From: Raillietiella orientalis
Lineage: Eukaryota
Direction: 5' to 3'
Assembly: GCA_036172245.1 (NCBI GenBank)
Contig: JAYWIR010000031.1
Coordinates: 2,480,001 to 2,544,000 of the forward strand
DNA length: 64,000 bases
Shown: one piece after another, positions 61,818 through 64,000 of the stretch
Numbering within the stretch: position 1 is the first letter of the stretch
Layout: each line of letters starts with the position of its first letter
Program-made: the position numbers and the translations under genes
Notes under the pieces: model-generated
The model's input: only the letters and a program-made list of their open reading frames with translations
Database searches by the model: none
What the model was told of the DNA's origin: nothing

Positions 61818-64000
61818 CTTCAGAGGGAGAAGAAAAAAGATGTTCAATAAAAAGCATTTTAGTGATACACGAAATTCCGATTGCAACTTTTTTGACACTC
61901 CAAAACAATATTCAGTCAATAATTTTCAATAGATATGCCGTGGCATCAATGCAAGAAATGGAAATTCGGGGGATCAGTGCGCCTGGGACCTGGGAAACGC
62001 GAAATTTCAGGCGCATCTCTTGTCGGAAAGACAGTCAGGAAATCTTTCGTGAAATGTTGCAAATTCTTCTGCAAAGAAGAATTTGCAACATCTTCCGCAA
62101 GTTGCTTTAAAATTGCTCCTTCGAACGCCATGAGGAGCGTTTTCCTCATAGCTGTTTCCATTAGGGCCTGACATGAACCTTCACGGAAAAGAACTCCGTA
62201 CGTTTCTGACCGACTTTGCTATACCAAATATCAGAATAAAGCTGAAACTTAATGCACGTAATGCACTGCGACAAGAACTGAACACGGTGAATGGATCCGA
62301 GCACATTTCGTTGCAAGCAAAGTAAAGGGGACAAAGGTCGTACAAATGCATTTTACTGGTGTGAAATGGCACAGCAGCAAGAAGACGACGACGAATGCCT
62401 CGACAAATGCCACTCTAAAACGGCACCCCGAGAAACAGTTAGCAGATTCGATTCTCTTTTTTCCAGATTGTCATCTTCCCGAGGTCCAGTGCTTCTTATG
62501 CCGGACCCAAGAGCACGAAAATTTCCAATGAAGCAGCTTTTCCGGAACATACATTTATGGACTGTTTAACATGACTGCATTGACTTGAAAAAATGCCGTA
62601 CTTCACATAGCACATTTCTTGGCATATGAGAGACTCTAGAAATCCACTTGTTCTTGCTGTGAGCCAGATTTTCAATGTATTTCAATGTATCGAGATGAAA
62701 TGCACACATAGAGTGCAGGGACGGCAGGTTCCAGTGGATTGGGTCACCTTCACGAGTCAAAGGAAGAAAGCACTGGCGCGTCGAAAACTTCAGCACAAAA
62801 TGCTGAAGTTTGCGAAAACAATAATTACAATGATTTGCAATAAAACGAATAAATGCAACAGGAATGGTGGCCTTCTTGCTCAAGCTGAAGAAGGAACAAT
62901 GAGCGACAAAGATGACGACGCTAATGACTTGAGTTTCGTAACGTGGAGATTAAGGTCAAGAAACCGCCCTTTCTCCTATTCGACAGGAATCGAGAAAACC
63001 AAAGAAAAATCATAAAAATGAGAAAAGTCCGCGTTCCTAATGAGTGCGTGAAAGAATCTTTTCCATCCAAAAAAATTTTCACAGACTAATAATAACTGTA
63101 TTTTATTTTATTTTTTGAGTGGTCAGAAGGGGGATCTGTAGTATCTCACTCAAGGAGTCCAGTAAGCAGGGGGGGGGGGGGGGGATATTGACCTCGAACG
63201 AAGTCACTATAATCACAAGTAGAAACAAAACTTGGTAGGACAACCAACTTGGTAGGTTCATTCCTCCTGATGACGACGAAACGGAACAGTTCTTAAGAAA
63301 ACAGCTTCCGCAAGTTGTTTGCTTGAGCACACCAGGAAGTGAAACACTGATGTTCTGTGAGAAGACGTGAGGTGTGGGACGTGCTATATCACCTTTGAAG
63401 TTACAAAACACACTCATTAATTTCAATCTATCATAAGAACCAATCCTTTAAGCCGTTCTAATGCTGCGAGTGTGGAGCACGGAGCGTACCGATATTTCCG
63501 TACACAAAGACGCATCAGAGTTTTCGTCACTGAGGCGATCGACAGAACTTGAGAGAGTTGCCTGGTCACCCAAAAATTGAAAATGACTTCAGAATACCGA
63601 CCAAATCACTCTTAGATGTAATGAGCGCATGAAGGCAACCACTGTGTGAACACTGCTGAAACATTCGAAATTCCGACTGCAAACCCAGAAGAGCGTTCTG
63701 CAGAAGTTCTCTTCTGCAGAAGAGGACACGAAGCACGGACCCCATGCTGTCTCAGTGGGAGAAGACCTCGTCCGCTCGACGCAGTACCAAAAAGAACAAA
63801 GTGCCAACAAGCAACAGACTTGACCTCTTCGTCAGTAAAGGATTCGAATTCCGACATGGACATGCGACGGCTCGATTCGTTAGTGGTCAGTGACTCTGCG
63901 TCCGAGCTTTGAAAATCTGCTTCATCGTAGTAACTGAATGTCACATTGAAATCATGTCTACATATCCTGAGAACTACTTGCAGAAGATTGCATGTAGGAA

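Noticed and set aside
63265..63315. CTGATGA-cgac-GAAAC minimal hammerhead candidate
   Set aside because: No NUH triplet after the putative stem III and no stem I complement.

Overview
Eukaryotic invertebrate DNA with ~50-nt GT-AG introns; a nematode is my inference, not established. The first ~47 kb is a repeat and pseudogene graveyard. It holds several Tx1/L1-type non-LTR retrotransposons (one with its 5' part inverted head-to-head) and two NeSL/Utopia/R5-type restriction-like-endonuclease retrotransposons, one abutting an antisense 28S rDNA fragment that stops just short of the R2 site. It also holds an apparently intact spliced gene for only the N-terminal half of cyclase-associated protein (CAP) plus a decayed paralog, and intron-containing pseudogenes of eIF3f and NOC3. 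The most notable feature is a near-complete ambisense endogenous CRESS ssDNA virus (~29.9-31.8 kb: capsid plus nanovirus/alphasatellite-like Rep). It shows a strand-specific T>C (A>G on the minus strand) bias that suggests ADAR-type hyper-editing followed by reverse transcription. The last ~16 kb is an intact multi-exon class I myosin gene on the minus strand whose first exons lie outside the window. All family calls come from motif recognition by eye, not from database searches.
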